The position numbers and the translations under genes were made by a program. Below the pieces are notes generated by a model. It saw only the letters and a program-made list of their open reading frames with translations, was not told the origin of the DNA and did no database searches. 64,000 bases of DNA from Nageia nagi (taxonomy: Eukaryota; Plantae; Pinophyta): NCBI GenBank assembly GCA_050084985.1, contig JBITNC010000001.1, positions 210,986,001 through 211,050,000 on the forward strand, read 5' to 3'. Of the stretch, positions 26,921 through 40,146 are shown piece after piece. The stretch's first letter is position 1. The number at the start of each line of letters is the position of its first letter.

Positions 26921-28682
26921 GTTGCAAAGTATGGCTAATTCAAAATTTCTTCTCTTCCATATAGAGTAGCAGAGCCAAGATATATCACCCAGATCTGAAA
27001 ATCACAATGAGATCTAAAACATAGGAACTTTGAAAATATGTCCCCATTGTTTTGCAACAGAAACTCAAAATGAAGTGACCAAGAATTCCAAAAGAAGATT
27101 CACATTACAAAAGTAACTCTCAGAAAAACATCAGAATTACTGTCATCCCTATTTAAAGTCTCATGTTTTTTTGCAACTAACTAGCTGTGCTTATCGCCAT
27201 GTATGATTTGTTGGTACATAAATATTTCTTCATTAACAATAACAAAAAAACTGTTTATAGGTATCAATGTTTTATATTTCATAAATTCCTCAAACTCAAT
27301 AAATTCATTCTTAGATCTTCATTGGTGAGCAATGACTTGCTGGTATGACTTACTGTTTTGTTATGATAGGGAGTGGAAGGTTGGATCTCTGATTAGTACA
27401 TTTCCAACTATACTTGACTAGTGGTTTATTTTTAAAAAATGAAATATTTGTCATTTAGGTGGCAAGTATGCTGGTATCTATTTATAACTTTTGGGTGAAT
27501 GTCCCTATATTGAAGCAAACTTGATCAGCAGTTTATATTCTCTGTGCCCTTGTACCCTTGCTAAGGGAAACCTCGGTGTACCTGCTGAGTACAAAGTTCA
27601 AACAAAAATAATCTAGATATTTTTTCATTCCGTGCATTTTTCTATCACTACCACGTAAGATGTTAGAGAGACATTTAAGAGCTAATGGTTCAGTCTCCTT
27701 CAAAATATAGTTTTAAACTATTATATAACTACATTTAGTTAGTACAATCTTTATTATTCAATTTTTCAATCCCAGTTTTTGTTGTGAACTGTACAACATC
27801 TCATTGATCTGGGAATTTTGATTATTTATTACTCGATTCAATTTTCCAATTCATGGTCTCAAACGATTAGAACTTGTAGTAAGCCCATATTGAGCCAATT
27901 TGTCATAATTGTTTGAAAATATTGGAAAATTGCTGAACATAAATAATAGTTATTCCTTGTTTTTGTACTAGCAATGTCCAGTGAACATAAATATAGTTAT
28001 TCTTTGTTTTTGTACTATGCAATATCCTGTTGAATATGAGGATTCATTCTTGTTTCTTGTATAGGAGAATTAATAATATCAAATGTCCTCTAAATGGTTT
28101 GGTTCTTCACTGAACCAAGATTCTTTTTTTTCTACGACAATCATTCTGCATTGTCAGTGTAAGCACCTCAACATTGTGATAGTCTGAAGGAAGAAATTTA
28201 TGTCATGGATAGTGATTGATTGACTGATCAATGTGTTTCATTGCCTTTGTTCAGCCAGGAACTTGTTCCCATTAGTATACAAAAGAAAAAAAATTAGTTG
28301 TGAATGCTTTTAAATTTTGCAGTTATAGAGTTGAGTATAATCATAGAAAACAAACTATAGGTCTTTCAAATGTATGTATGTATTTACGAATGTATGTCAA
28401 TATTTATGGAAATGATGCTATCTGAGGTTTTAACTTCTCGGATCAATGGGTTTCATTGCCTTCATCTTCGGCCGGGAAAAAGTTCCCTAAAGTAAACAAA
28501 ATAAAAACATTAATTGGTAATGCTTCTAAATTTTGTAATTATGGAGTTGAGACTAATCATAGAAAACAAATGTGAGGTCTTTCGTAACTCTAGAACCTAT
28601 CCTGAAGGTGAATTGAGAACATTCTTGGTATGTCTATGTGGACACGTTTATTAATTGAAAGCATTCTTGGCATAATGTACAT

Positions 28683-28859
28683 ATCAGCCAATTTAAAACC
28701 CACTCATATGAGAAAATCAAGCTGTAAATAAAACATGGTAAATCAGCCAATTTAAATCCCACTCATACGAGAAAATCAAGCTGTAAATAAAACATTGTAA
28801 ATCAGCCAATTTAAATCCCACTCATACGAGAAAATCAAGCTGTAAATGAAACATGGTAA
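28683..28859. repeat. 59-bp tandem repeat, 3 copies
   Basis: atcagccaatttaaatcccactcatacgagaaaatcaagctgtaaataaaacatggtaa repeated three times with few substitutions. Confidence 0.95.
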
Positions 28860-31622
28860 TGGAAAGTTTAGGTATAGTCAGTTAGCTGTAAAAGCCTCAA
28901 GATCAAGGGAATTCATTTTCACATATCTCAATTAAAGGAATTTACGTTCTCTTGCTCTTCATTAAAGAGAAACATTTTTGTTTAGCTTAATATGTATGTC
29001 AACAAAGAGAAGCCTATAATAGAATGCTTTTTCTTGTGATTAGCATTTTATTGCATTTTCTATTAAGTTAAATTAAGAATTAATTAGTTAAGATAGAATT
29101 ACACTTTTTTGGATTTGGAATTGAAAATTTGATAGTAATATAAATTGTTTCTTTTGAATTGCATGTCTCTTAGAAAAGCTTTTCAATTTATCATAAGAAA
29201 TAACAATGAAATTCTTGGTATCTTAGCTTTGCAATGATGGTCTCATATGATTTATAAGCATGGCGAAAAAGATGATTTCAAGCCTTGCTAGCTTGTTTTG
29301 AAGAGAATACTGGATTATAAAGATAGTCAATTATTTGAACTGCTTTTGATGTATTTTTATATACCTCGCAAAAAAAATAAGATGTACATATTAGTTGTTC
29401 TTATATTTGATATTAGAATATATTTTATTGAAGTTCTTTTTAATTAATAAAATCATTTTATATATTAAAATTAAAATTTTGAATAAATCAAAAATCAATT
29501 TTAGGTGTACAATTTGTCATCTTTGAAGATGTTGTGGTAGGAACCACTATCACATTTTCAAAGTGAGAAAATAAAATATGTTACCTAGTTTAAAGCTAAA
29601 TCTTGCTGAAAAAGACGTCATGTTAGTGGAGGTTTATTGTAACTTTTGTCTGGTTTGATCTACTAAAATCAATCGAATTAATATAAATAAATTTGATTTA
29701 AGTAAGGTCAATCTACACCTTGAATTGAGATGGGTGAAGCCCTTGTTTACCATGTAAGGTCTTGATCACATATGTTTGTGAGGAAAATAATGTAACATAG
29801 CAAATAAATGAAATTGATAAATTATATGTTGTTTTAACCTTTTGGTTGGGTGAATAATGTTGATTAGTTGTAGATCTCCATAATAATAACTTTAGAATGC
29901 TTTGAAATTTTTTTGTAGCTTTTGTGGTATTGAAATAACTTATAGCAACATAGTATTGCTTTTTTTTCTTCATCCAAATGGAAGAATATAAGGTTAATTT
30001 TATAGTGCCATAAGACCATGTTGATTGGGCAACCCATTTGTGGTTATTGGCTTTAGTCAAGGTGGGTGGGTGAGGAGTGGTGGCAAGGTTGATGTAAGGA
30101 GTGATGGTGATTGGATTAAATGGCAAGGTTGATTAGGCTAATAAGGAGAGAAGTAGGTGAGTTAAAAGGTGCCCTAACACAAAAACTAAAATATGACAAA
30201 ATTGAAGTTGGTAAAGATGTGGTTGATTCAAAATTGACAACTTTGAATTTTATGTTAAGGGAAAATGCAATATGTATTTTGAAAATGTCCATATGTTTTT
30301 GAAATGCTTAGGTCTTTTTCCCTAAAGTCAAATGTATTTTAAACCCAATGGTTTCTAGGGCCTATCAATATTTGTCAAAAATAAATGTGCATGCACTTTT
30401 TGAAGTGCTTAGGCTTTTTAGCCCCAAGTCAAACAAGGTTGACTTAAAGGGTTGATCAAGCATGGATGGGATGAACTAAGACTTTGAAAATATTACAATG
30501 AAGGGATGATGCTTTTTAGTGTCCTTTAAACTTAATGGTTTGTAGGACCTATCAACATTCATCCCTAGATATATATATATTATTTGTGTATTGCATGATT
30601 GTTTCTAATAATATTAAGACTCAATAATAAAATTGCCATGATTATTTTGGTTGGTGGATTAAGTTGTAATTAAGCAAGACATCTTCTATGCCATTTCTAT
30701 TATAAAATTTACATTCTTTTATCCCATGTTTTAGTTATCGACCATCTACCTATTTCATTATATAGTTTGTGAACTTTTTCTTAATTTTTGGATCACAAGT
30801 TTCTTTTTAAGATTGATAATCTTATATGGATAGGATGGATGCTTAAATTTTGGGTTGTTGATATCTTTATAAAAGGTTAGTTTTCTTTTAGTTTTGGTAT
30901 TATCATCATTTCAATTTTTTTCATTATTGAATTTGCAATATGTAATTTTAATTTGTTGTTATGTAAAAAGCTTATATTATTTAGAATACTTCCAAAATCA
31001 AACCATTTATTTTTAGGCAACCTTTTTTAAGATGATGGGTTAAGCAAGTTGGATGGGCAATCAGAGGAAGTCTATTATGATATAACTTTGTTAGTTTACT
31101 ATTGTATAAGATGTCTTTTTAAAGTTTTGCTTTCAATAGAGTATACCAACGTCCATGAGGATATGCTATTGTGTGTTATTTTTAATTTTGAAGTTATAAA
31201 TAATGAATTGTTTTTTTGATGTACTTAATTTTATTCAATATTTTTCAAGAAATGCTTCCACCCCAAACATTACAACCATAGAGGATTATTGGAGTTATGT
31301 GACATGAGAAAATAATTTTCTTTTTGTATCCATTTCAAAATTTGACATTTTTATAAATGTTTTCCAACTCGTAAAGGGCCTTTCGTTCAAGAAAAGTTTC
31401 TTTTTCAACATTTAGATCATAATTTAGTTTGTAAATAATATCAATACCTAAGGATTTGAAATAATGAATCACCTTTAAGGTTGATTATTAAAGAGGATTG
31501 TAGGGTGAAGCATCTTTTGAGATTTAATATTCACAATTTTGGTTTTGTTTTTGTGAATTATTAAATTAGATATATTGTAGAATGTTTTAAGGATATTTAA
31601 TTGCTTTTGTGTGTTTAGAATT

Positions 31623-33289
31623 TGTAATCACACTGATATATTCCATTAACAAATACAAGTATTTATAGAAACATTCTACAACTTACTTGGTTGTCTTAAC
31701 TCTCAACAAGCAACTCACAAAATATTCACAGACAAACAACCAAACACATTCTTCCTATGACAAACTGTATGATATAACTTTAGATTTGTCATTAAACAAA
31801 CATCACATCTTTGAATAGGTACTGGCATGGGCTCATTAACTAAACACCATCATATTCAACGATAATGGGCTCACTTATCTTCCAACATTCTTCAGCGGTA
31901 ATGGACTCATCGAAATCCTCATATGGCAATATTCACATCCCCATCATGTCGTGTGGTAATGATTGACATCTACCACAACATCCAACCAACAAAAAAGTAA
32001 GTTTTGGAATCTCCTCCTTTAAGACTAAAACATTTATCGAAGGCTTATGATAGCCTTCCATCACAACAAACATCCAAACAATGGTTGGGGACCAAGCACA
32101 TACAACCAAGATTGATGGCAATTTTCTTTCAACCTTCTTTACAAGCTTTTGGCAACTTGCAACAAAAACTCCAATATTCAAGCTGATGGCAACTCACTTC
32201 AACTAGGCTTATGGTAGCCTTCAAAACTTCATAATACAAATTTCTAGCAACCTGCAATACATGTGTGAATGGGGAGAAACACATCCCTCACACTTATAAC
32301 TTTCTTCATGAATGTTCTTAAGCATCCTTATGGTAATCTCCTCATCTTACCAGATTGCATGGATCACAAGTCCCTGCAACTGCCAAATGTAATAGAGCAA
32401 AATACTGGATACAAGGTTCACTCCTGTCGATTGTAGGTAAAGCTTCTATGGAGAAATCTTTCAAGCCAAATGAATGTCACTTGATTTGCCATTGAGTAGT
32501 GTCATAAGATTAGCCTTCTATGGATTGGGTATCAAGGTTTCCTTAAGATTGGGTCAAAGCCTTTAGGTTGACTTTCCTTTCGTACTCGGTTAGAGCCATT
32601 AGGTTGCCTTCTTCTTTTTGGTGAACCATTGTAACATCATTATAACACTACAATTTCTCCACTTCTCTGTCTCTTTTATTTTTAAAACAAATAATAATAA
32701 ATAAATTTCTCTAAAATCCTAAAAACCTCCATTACACCTTATGAGTGGAAGCAAGAAGTTGGGTCCACTTAAAAGAGGAAGTGTGGAGTGAAAATTCAAG
32801 GTCGAAAATGTCGAGATCATTTGGGCCTTCGATCCTAAGAGATATTGGGATCTTGATATGGGCTCGTCAATTGAAGCTATATTGAGATCCCAATATATTG
32901 TAGTTAAATATCATGATGCAGGCCGTAGAGCTCATTTTCTAGCTTCGTGGCTTGCACCTCCCAACCATTGCAAGAAGTAGACCTTGCCATTTCGAGATCT
33001 TGATTTCAGTGCTCTTACATCCAACTAGTGCCTTCAAATTCACCTTGCATTGTCCAAGTTAGTGCTTCTTTTGTCTTCTTGTTTTTTGTTGTTGTTAAAA
33101 TATCATATTTCTCGTAGTTTTGTTAAGATAAAATATTAGAATGAAAACTCTATTTCATTGAATATGCAATTTTACAAACTAAATCCATTTAGAAATCTTT
33201 GTAGATTGTTTTAAGATTGATTCAAAGTCCATCCAACACCTCAAAAGCTCCTTAGAAGAGGGGATGCATAGTAAGAAGGGGACATTACA
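31623..33289 (-). mobile_element. Probable solo or orphan gypsy-type LTR
   Basis: Minus strand begins TGTAATGTCCCC (33289) and ends GTGATTACA (31623), giving TGTAAT...ATTACA inverted termini. No TSD is recognisable. Confidence 0.4.
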
Positions 33290-33443
33290 ATATCCTTAGC
33301 TAAAGTTCACCCAAACACAAACTTCATATTCATAGTCAATCACATAGAAACACCTCAAAAGCTCCTTAGAAGAGGGGATGTATACTAAGAAGGGGACATT
33401 ACAATACCCTTAGCTAAAGTTCACCCAAACACAAACTTCATAT
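33235..33443. repeat. About 95-bp direct duplication, 114-bp period
   Basis: aacacctcaaaagctccttagaagaggggatg...cccaaacacaaacttcatat occurs at 33235 and 33349. Confidence 0.9.
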
Positions 33444-36229
33444 CTTGTCATAAGATATTTGAAGTTCTCAACAGAAATCAAAGATCAAACAAATAGAAAT
33501 TTATAATGTAAAACTGAATAAATCATTTAAAGTTGTAAAAGGATACAAACTCCAAAACCTCAATTTTTACCAATATTGTTTTGTTCGTAAGAATTTCAGA
33601 AAATCCTTTAGTTTTCTTTTACTTGCTAGAAAAGTATAGATGTATAATTAGAAAAATATAGATGCATAACTCATTATGGTCAACATTGTTTTATTCATGG
33701 AAATTTGAGAAAATCATTTAATTCCAATATTCAATTGATAGTCCATATTATGCTAGTTGTTAAGAGAATGTGAAGGCTACAATTATGTATGCAATATTGC
33801 CAAAATAGAAACTTGGAGACCAACAACTGTAAACACAAGAATTAAAAGTGGCAATGAGGCCATAAGGTACTGCCTATCAAAACCAACAAGATACTCAAAT
33901 ATACAAGTAACTATCAATTTGAACACAAAAGCATAAAACTAAAATAAATAAAAAAGCAACAATCATTTTTAACTTCATTATCTAGTTTGCAATGTATTGG
34001 CTTAAGTGGGACACTTCCAGAGTCTAGATCAAGCATTTAGTAAAGTAATTTTTATCTTGCAAAACAAGCATCTTGATAGTCAAAGGTGTAAAAAGGATGA
34101 ACCAAGAAATTTAGTAACAAAACTATTCAAATATAAAATATATGATCACATGCATACAAAGCTAGTGACCAATAAATGATTATCCCATTGGTGATATTTT
34201 TTAAATTATAATAGGAATAGAAATCATTGAGAGAGTCTCTTTTCCTCTCTTGTAAACATTTCAACAACTAAAACTCATTGATGAACAAATAGGTTAGGGA
34301 GTCAACTTGTATTGTAACATGGGAATAAAGATGGAATAACATAGTCTTTTTCCTAAAATCGCAAAGACAGTTTATATTAAGTAATATCTTTGTTATGCCA
34401 AAATACACGTCCCTGTTAAGAAAATAATAAAGAAGGCTATTAATATACTAGATGTTGGTTTGAAGTAATAATTTAGTTTGGTTCTACCTTTTTTGAGAAT
34501 ACATAAAATTTTCGCATCCTAGTTTGATATTTTACATGCAAAAATGTTAACCATAAATAGGCCTAATAGGCACATTGATGGAAAACAAAATCACAAATAA
34601 GGCCATGCATAGTAATCCCTCCATCTATCTATTTGTGATTATCTTGTAATGTAAGAAACCAACTTAAGAGCTCAAATGGAAGAAACTTGTCAAGACAAAA
34701 AGGAATTCACATAATACACATTGCACATTCAAACTTGTTTAACGACACAATTCATACAAACCATACATATTTCACCTCATAATTCACAATGATCATAGAA
34801 AGGATATTCTATATTTGAGAAATATAAAAGAATTGAGCAAAGGACTTACTCAAATGGCATTCACCTTTAGCTTCCAATCTTCTTTGAGAGTGCAAAATTG
34901 GATTGACTATTTTGGATGATGCCCAATTTGCTTTTGTGACTTCTATCTCCTTTCACTTCAATCTCATAAAGCCATTAAAGATTGACCATAATAATAACTC
35001 TCTTTCCAAATCTAACAACCTTTTGCTCCCTTCTTCATTTTTGATAGGTTCTTAGATAACGCAAATTGTTGTCACCTTGCATACTTTTGAACATCACCTA
35101 TATGATACATAAATCCACCCATATACCTTTGAGTAGAAATAAATGTTGCCTTCATAATCTTCAAACCAATAGACATTGTAGAGAACTCACTTTACTTAGC
35201 ATTATCACATAATATTTGTTAAACTCTCCAAGTAATCAATTAAGCAATCATGTACCTATTGTATCAAGATACAATTGGGAGGGGGTTTTGTCAAATAGTA
35301 GAAAAAGTAGTGAACAGTCAATGTAGTGACCAATTAGGCAAAGATAACAATAGAAAATGGAGGAAAAATGAGAAGGAGCTACAAGCACAACTAAGCTTCA
35401 ACAAAATTGAGGCTCATCAATGTTTTTGCATTTTGAATTTTAAATGATAAACATGTCAACTTGGAGGGAGAAAAAAGAACTCCCCACCCAATGATAAACA
35501 TGTCAACTTGGAGGGAGCATTTTGAATTTTAAATGATAAACATCTCATGCTCTCTTTCTAGCATAACAATAACTCCCCACCCCATCATTGCACTTTGTAA
35601 ATACGATCATCTCAATAACATTGTGCATGTGTTTCATAATGTTTATAACATTGTACAGATTCCTTCATGTATGTCTATGTTTATAACATTATAACATTGA
35701 ATTTATTAGTGAAAAATGAAATAAAAATTTAGATTTATTTGTTTAACCTCCTTAATATTTTCCATTCCTAGTGTTGTTTGACTTAAAGAAATGATTTCTC
35801 ATTTGTGTTTGTCTATTATTGATTGGATTTGAAATGAGGTTTTATTTCTTCCATGCAACTTTGGCTTTAACCAATATTGTTGAATGAACATTTTAGTTAT
35901 TTGGTTTGAAACCTTAGTAGGATGATCCTTGATATGGTTATTTTAGATTTTTTCCATATGGTTATTTTAGATAAATAATACTGTTAGCCTAACTCCTAGA
36001 TTTTTGCTTTTCACTTTAGTGTATAGTAACTAACTTTGGTTTCAATTTAGGTCCTTTAGATTGGATATATATAACATACATGTCTTCTTAAATAACATGT
36101 GATATTTATTTATATATGCTAGTTTTCTAGTTAAACATGTGATATCCAATTTATAATGCAATTTGTTCTATTATTATCCAATTTAAATTGAGTTTATTTC
36201 TATTTCTATATTATTGCTAATGTTTGTAG

Positions 36230-37145
36230 GTGCCTGTCATGATTTTTTATCATGGTTGAGTCATGTCATGATTTTTTATCATGGTATATATGAGACATTG
36301 GATGATGTGAACCAAAATATCTCGCAAAATTCACCCCCCCCCCCCCCCATGTTGATCCTCCACCCCCTCCACCCTCTCCACCTTCACCCCCCACTCGCAC
36401 CCCAACCCAGTAGTGTAGATGAGCAATAGTTATGATATGCTATTGCTAATGATATTAATCAATTACAAGAAAAGATACACCACATCCAAAGTATTTGTAT
36501 GTCCCCTAGCCATGTTATATGGTTTGCATCTTTGATGCAAGCTGTAGTTGATACTATTAGGAGTGTTGATGGGGATATGTATGGTTTCGAGGCATGGAGA
36601 GAGTGCATGAGATAACATTATTCAGATGGTCTCTCCACTCGAGAGGTAAACAAGTTAGGTATTACAAAAGCCACCTTTGCTCGACACTTCATTGATCCAT
36701 CTACTAGACAACTCATCCCACCTAATAAAGAAAGAATTCTCTATGATTGATGCATCCATCTTATGATAGTTGTAAAGTTTTGGGATCGATGGTGGATGAT
36801 GTTTGATAAACCACCACATTCCAATTCCGATGTCCCTCTGTATTTTTGGAAGAAAATATATGTTGAGTGTATTAAGAAAACATGTGAATTATTTTGACAT
36901 TAGACGTAATCAAGGGATTGCTCATGGCTAGAGGCAAAATAGTCTTGGAGTACAGAATTAATCTAGGTTGACCCCGACATCCTGCACCATTCATCCCTTC
37001 TCCAAATCCTTTTGTTCCTACCCTAGCTTTTCATCAGGTAGTTGTTTTGGCATTGGGAGCATTAATTCAAGTGACCCAAACTTTCATTAAACAAGCTACT
37101 GATGTGGTAGCTAATGTCAATAAGCCTAGAGATGATGCAATGACT
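36230..37145 (+). pseudogene. Decayed antisense accessory ORF attached to element A2 (unknown domain)
   Basis: After a TTTGTAG acceptor and a poly-Pro tract, one frame reads YAIANDINQLQEKIHHIQ...YGFEAWRECMR*HYSDGLSTREVNKLGITKATFARHFIDP...KFWDRWWMMFDKPPHSNSDVPLYFWKKIYVE with few stops. Confidence 0.55.
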
Positions 37146-37651
37146 TAGACATAATAATACCCTATACATGAGACAATTGATTAGCATGGAAAATTTAAGA
37201 ACCCTGATGAGAAATAAAGATAAGAAAAAATATTTGATGAAAGAAGATTTGATGAAATGATGAGGATGAAAAGAAGAGAAAATAAGAAGCAACATAACAT
37301 GATTGAAAAGATGAAGATAACATGATTAAAAATTTGATAAAATTTGCCATGATAATCAAATGTATGCAATGAACTTACTCATGATATGCAACCTATATGA
37401 AATGCATCCTATTTAATATTAAAAATTTAGAAGTTAGTACACTAGAGGGTGGTAAAACCCCCGTCATATTAGCACATTTTGCTAGAAAAAGTGGAATTTC
37501 TTTGTTTAGATTATCCTCTGTATTTTTCAAATCGTGAATTGCTACTCTCAAGAAGATCAATATATTCAAGTTGTACTTCTAAAATAAATTTGTTGAATGT
37601 TTGTAAATGCTTATTAAGGAGTGCAATCTTAAATTGATACTTTTCAAAAGG

Positions 37652-38686
37652 CTAATCTTTTTGCATTATATATTCTTGTAACCGAATCTCAACTGGATTT
37701 GATTGAATTAAATTTTTTCTTGTGCTCGCATGACTAGTTGAATTTGCATAACAAGAACCATTATCTCCATTATTATTTTCATGCCATTGGAGGCCTTCAT
37801 GCAGTATGGCATGTTGCTGATGGCATGATTCCTTGTCATATTTGTCTTGAAATTTTGTAATTCCATCTACTATCTCTGTATCTGAAGCATGTTGATGAAT
37901 CTCATATTTGCCTTGTGAAATGAGGTCCAAAATTACAACCTTCAAATCATTACAAGAATTTGTAAAGTGACTTTTTCTTTGATGATAAGTATAATAAGCT
38001 TCCTCATTTACCATTGGAATATGATCATATTTTGCATTTTTTTCTAATGGCTGCAATAAAGCCCTTTTCATTAGATCTCTGAAAATAAGCCTTGGCTGAT
38101 GCCCACTAAATATCCCAAATTTGGGGGCCTCTTGATTGGGTCGTGAGGAACAATTGTGGGCATCCAGTGTTTTCGAAGTTTCTTGAGATGTTACTCTTTG
38201 CCAACATTGTTTTGGTTTTGTTTGTTGAATTTGAGGTTTAGATTGTAGTTTAGTTTGTGGTTTTGGTTGAGGTTTAGGTTGAGGTGTTTGATTATGTTGT
38301 TGCTTTTGTATGTTTTCTTTCTCAAACTTTTGCATACAATATTGTTTTGCATATGGATCTCTTAATAATGCATCTAATTCTTTTTTTAAAAATGTATGAT
38401 ATTTTTCTTTTAATTCAAGATAATTATAAATGCCTATCATCAAAGAAGGATTGGCTAACATATGCTCTTTAATTTTTTTAAATTGATCTTGAGGTGTCAA
38501 ATTTTCAAATGCAATATTATACATTTTATAGTTATCCATATATTCAAAGTTTAAATGTGCATCAAATTTAGCCATATAATAATAATCATCATCATCATTA
38601 TTATGCACTTGATTTTCTATGATTAACATATCATTTTGGACATCATCATCATTTGCAGTAGTCAAGCATGATTTTGGTAAACTCAT
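37652..38686 (-). CDS. 344-aa open ORF of element A2: acidic N-terminus, Q/P/K linker and Tat/Ogre Gag-type C-terminal motif, with no recognisable capsid core
   Basis: Uninterrupted from ATG to stop. It contains YYTYHQRKSHFTNSCNDLKVVILDLISQGK (the A3 copy has YCTYH*RKGHATNS), i.e. CxYHxxxGHxTxxCxxLKxxIxxLI. A stop-interrupted homologue lies at 52282-53400. Confidence 0.6.
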   Translation of the reverse strand: MSLPKSCLTTANDDDVQNDMLIIENQVHNNDDDDYYYMAKFDAHLNFEYMDNYKMYNIAFENLTPQDQFKKIKEHMLANPSLMIGIYNYLELKEKYHTFLKKELDALLRDPYAKQYCMQKFEKENIQKQQHNQTPQPKPQPKPQTKLQSKPQIQQTKPKQCWQRVTSQETSKTLDAHNCSSRPNQEAPKFGIFSGHQPRLIFRDLMKRALLQPLEKNAKYDHIPMVNEEAYYTYHQRKSHFTNSCNDLKVVILDLISQGKYEIHQHASDTEIVDGITKFQDKYDKESCHQQHAILHEGLQWHENNNGDNGSCYANSTSHASTRKNLIQSNPVEIRLQEYIMQKD

Positions 38687-39388
38687 TTCATCAAAATTTT
38701 TCTATTGTTATTTTGCACAACATCCATATCCTTAGACATTTCTTATGTAGGAGAAGGTGCAAATAAATCACTTATCACATTCAAATATTCAAGCAAACCA
38801 CTTTTAGATGTAATGTCCATGATAAAATGCATGAAAATAACCTTTAAAATTCAATTTTGTATCCAAAAATGTTTTTATATGAAAATCTCAAGAAATCTTG
38901 ATAAAAATACGTGTAATAAGCTCAAATTAGTTTCAAAAAGTTGCCTATTATGATGATTTATGGTTTTTGACAAGTTTTGATCATGAAACAAGTCACCAAA
39001 TAGGTGCAAAATATTTTCAAAATTTATGATTTTTAAATGTGATATTTTTTGCAAAAGTATTTTCAAAATCACTCAAAATATGCAAATCTAGACCTAGAAG
39101 AATCAGAAAATTTTTTCAATTATATTTATCTATGGTTCGGACAAATTTTCTAATACTAGATCCCACCAAATTAAAGAAAATGACCTCCAAAAATTAGATT
39201 TTTCTACAATGAGGTTTTTCAAGAAAATAGTTTTTTTCAAAGCAATAAAATTTTCTAAATTTGGAAAAAATTAACTCAACCAAAAGGAAAATAAAACTAA
39301 GGGTTTCTAATGCAAGATTCCTTAGAAAAAGCGATATCTTAAAATGAAAAATTCTAGGGTTTGTAGGATATGTTGGGGTTCACCAAAA

Positions 39389-40146
39389 TGTAGACCCTAA
39401 ATTGTACAAATATATGAATAAACATAATTAAATAAAAGATCTACGATATATAATTAAATATACAATAGACATATATTAAATCGCAATAGATATAGATGAA
39501 AAATGTGCACTTGATATGAAGTGTGTGTACAATCCTCAAAAACAGATGGTAATGAATCTTCGAAGGATTGGGATTGGACTCGTGGTGAACTCATAGCTAA
39601 TATTCATGTGCATGAACCAATAGCTCAACCATCTAAGCTTGGAACCCTTGATCTAGAAGATGCACATCGTTGATGGCATGAGAGAAGCATGTCGCTATCA
39701 ACATAGGAGAAGCACATCGCTAATTAGGTGGGATGTGTCGAATTATGATGTGCGCTAAATATAAAAAGTCCAAAAATCAGAGTATAACAAATTCTCAAGA
39801 TAGGTGGTGTCCAGAGACACCGTTACAATTGATAACCACCTATTAGAGTTCTTTATCAATATCAAAAGAGTTTCGATATCTGGAGATCGACCTATCCATC
39901 CATTTATATAACCTGTAAAAGACATAGAAAGGAGTGAAGGTTGACCTCTTGCAATAATATAATTATTGTTATATTCAAAATACTTTAAAATAAGACCCAC
40001 GGTATATGATATAATATTTAATATAACACATGGCATTGCATTATAATATCCTTTTATTTTGACATATGTAATATTTGCATTAAATCATTTAAGAAGTCTA
40101 AATATGATCTATTAAATAAATAATAAATCATTTTTATATGTCTACA
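39389..40146 (-). repeat. 5' LTR of element A2
   Basis: TGTAGACA...GGGTCTACA on the minus strand, followed directly by tttTGGTGAACCCC. Confidence 0.88.

Larger units (their letters stand above)
36230..40146 (-). mobile_element. LTR retrotransposon A2 (family A, pol-less; 3' LTR not found)
   Basis: 5' LTR at 39389-40146 and PBS TGGTGAACCCCAACAT at 39370-39385. Internal 37130-39388 is homologous to A3 51618-53865. The left boundary is uncertain. Confidence 0.8.

Noticed and set aside
29713-30302. ORFs of 137 and 60 aa as genes
   Set aside because: No recognisable domain or splice structure; likely fragments of an old repeat.
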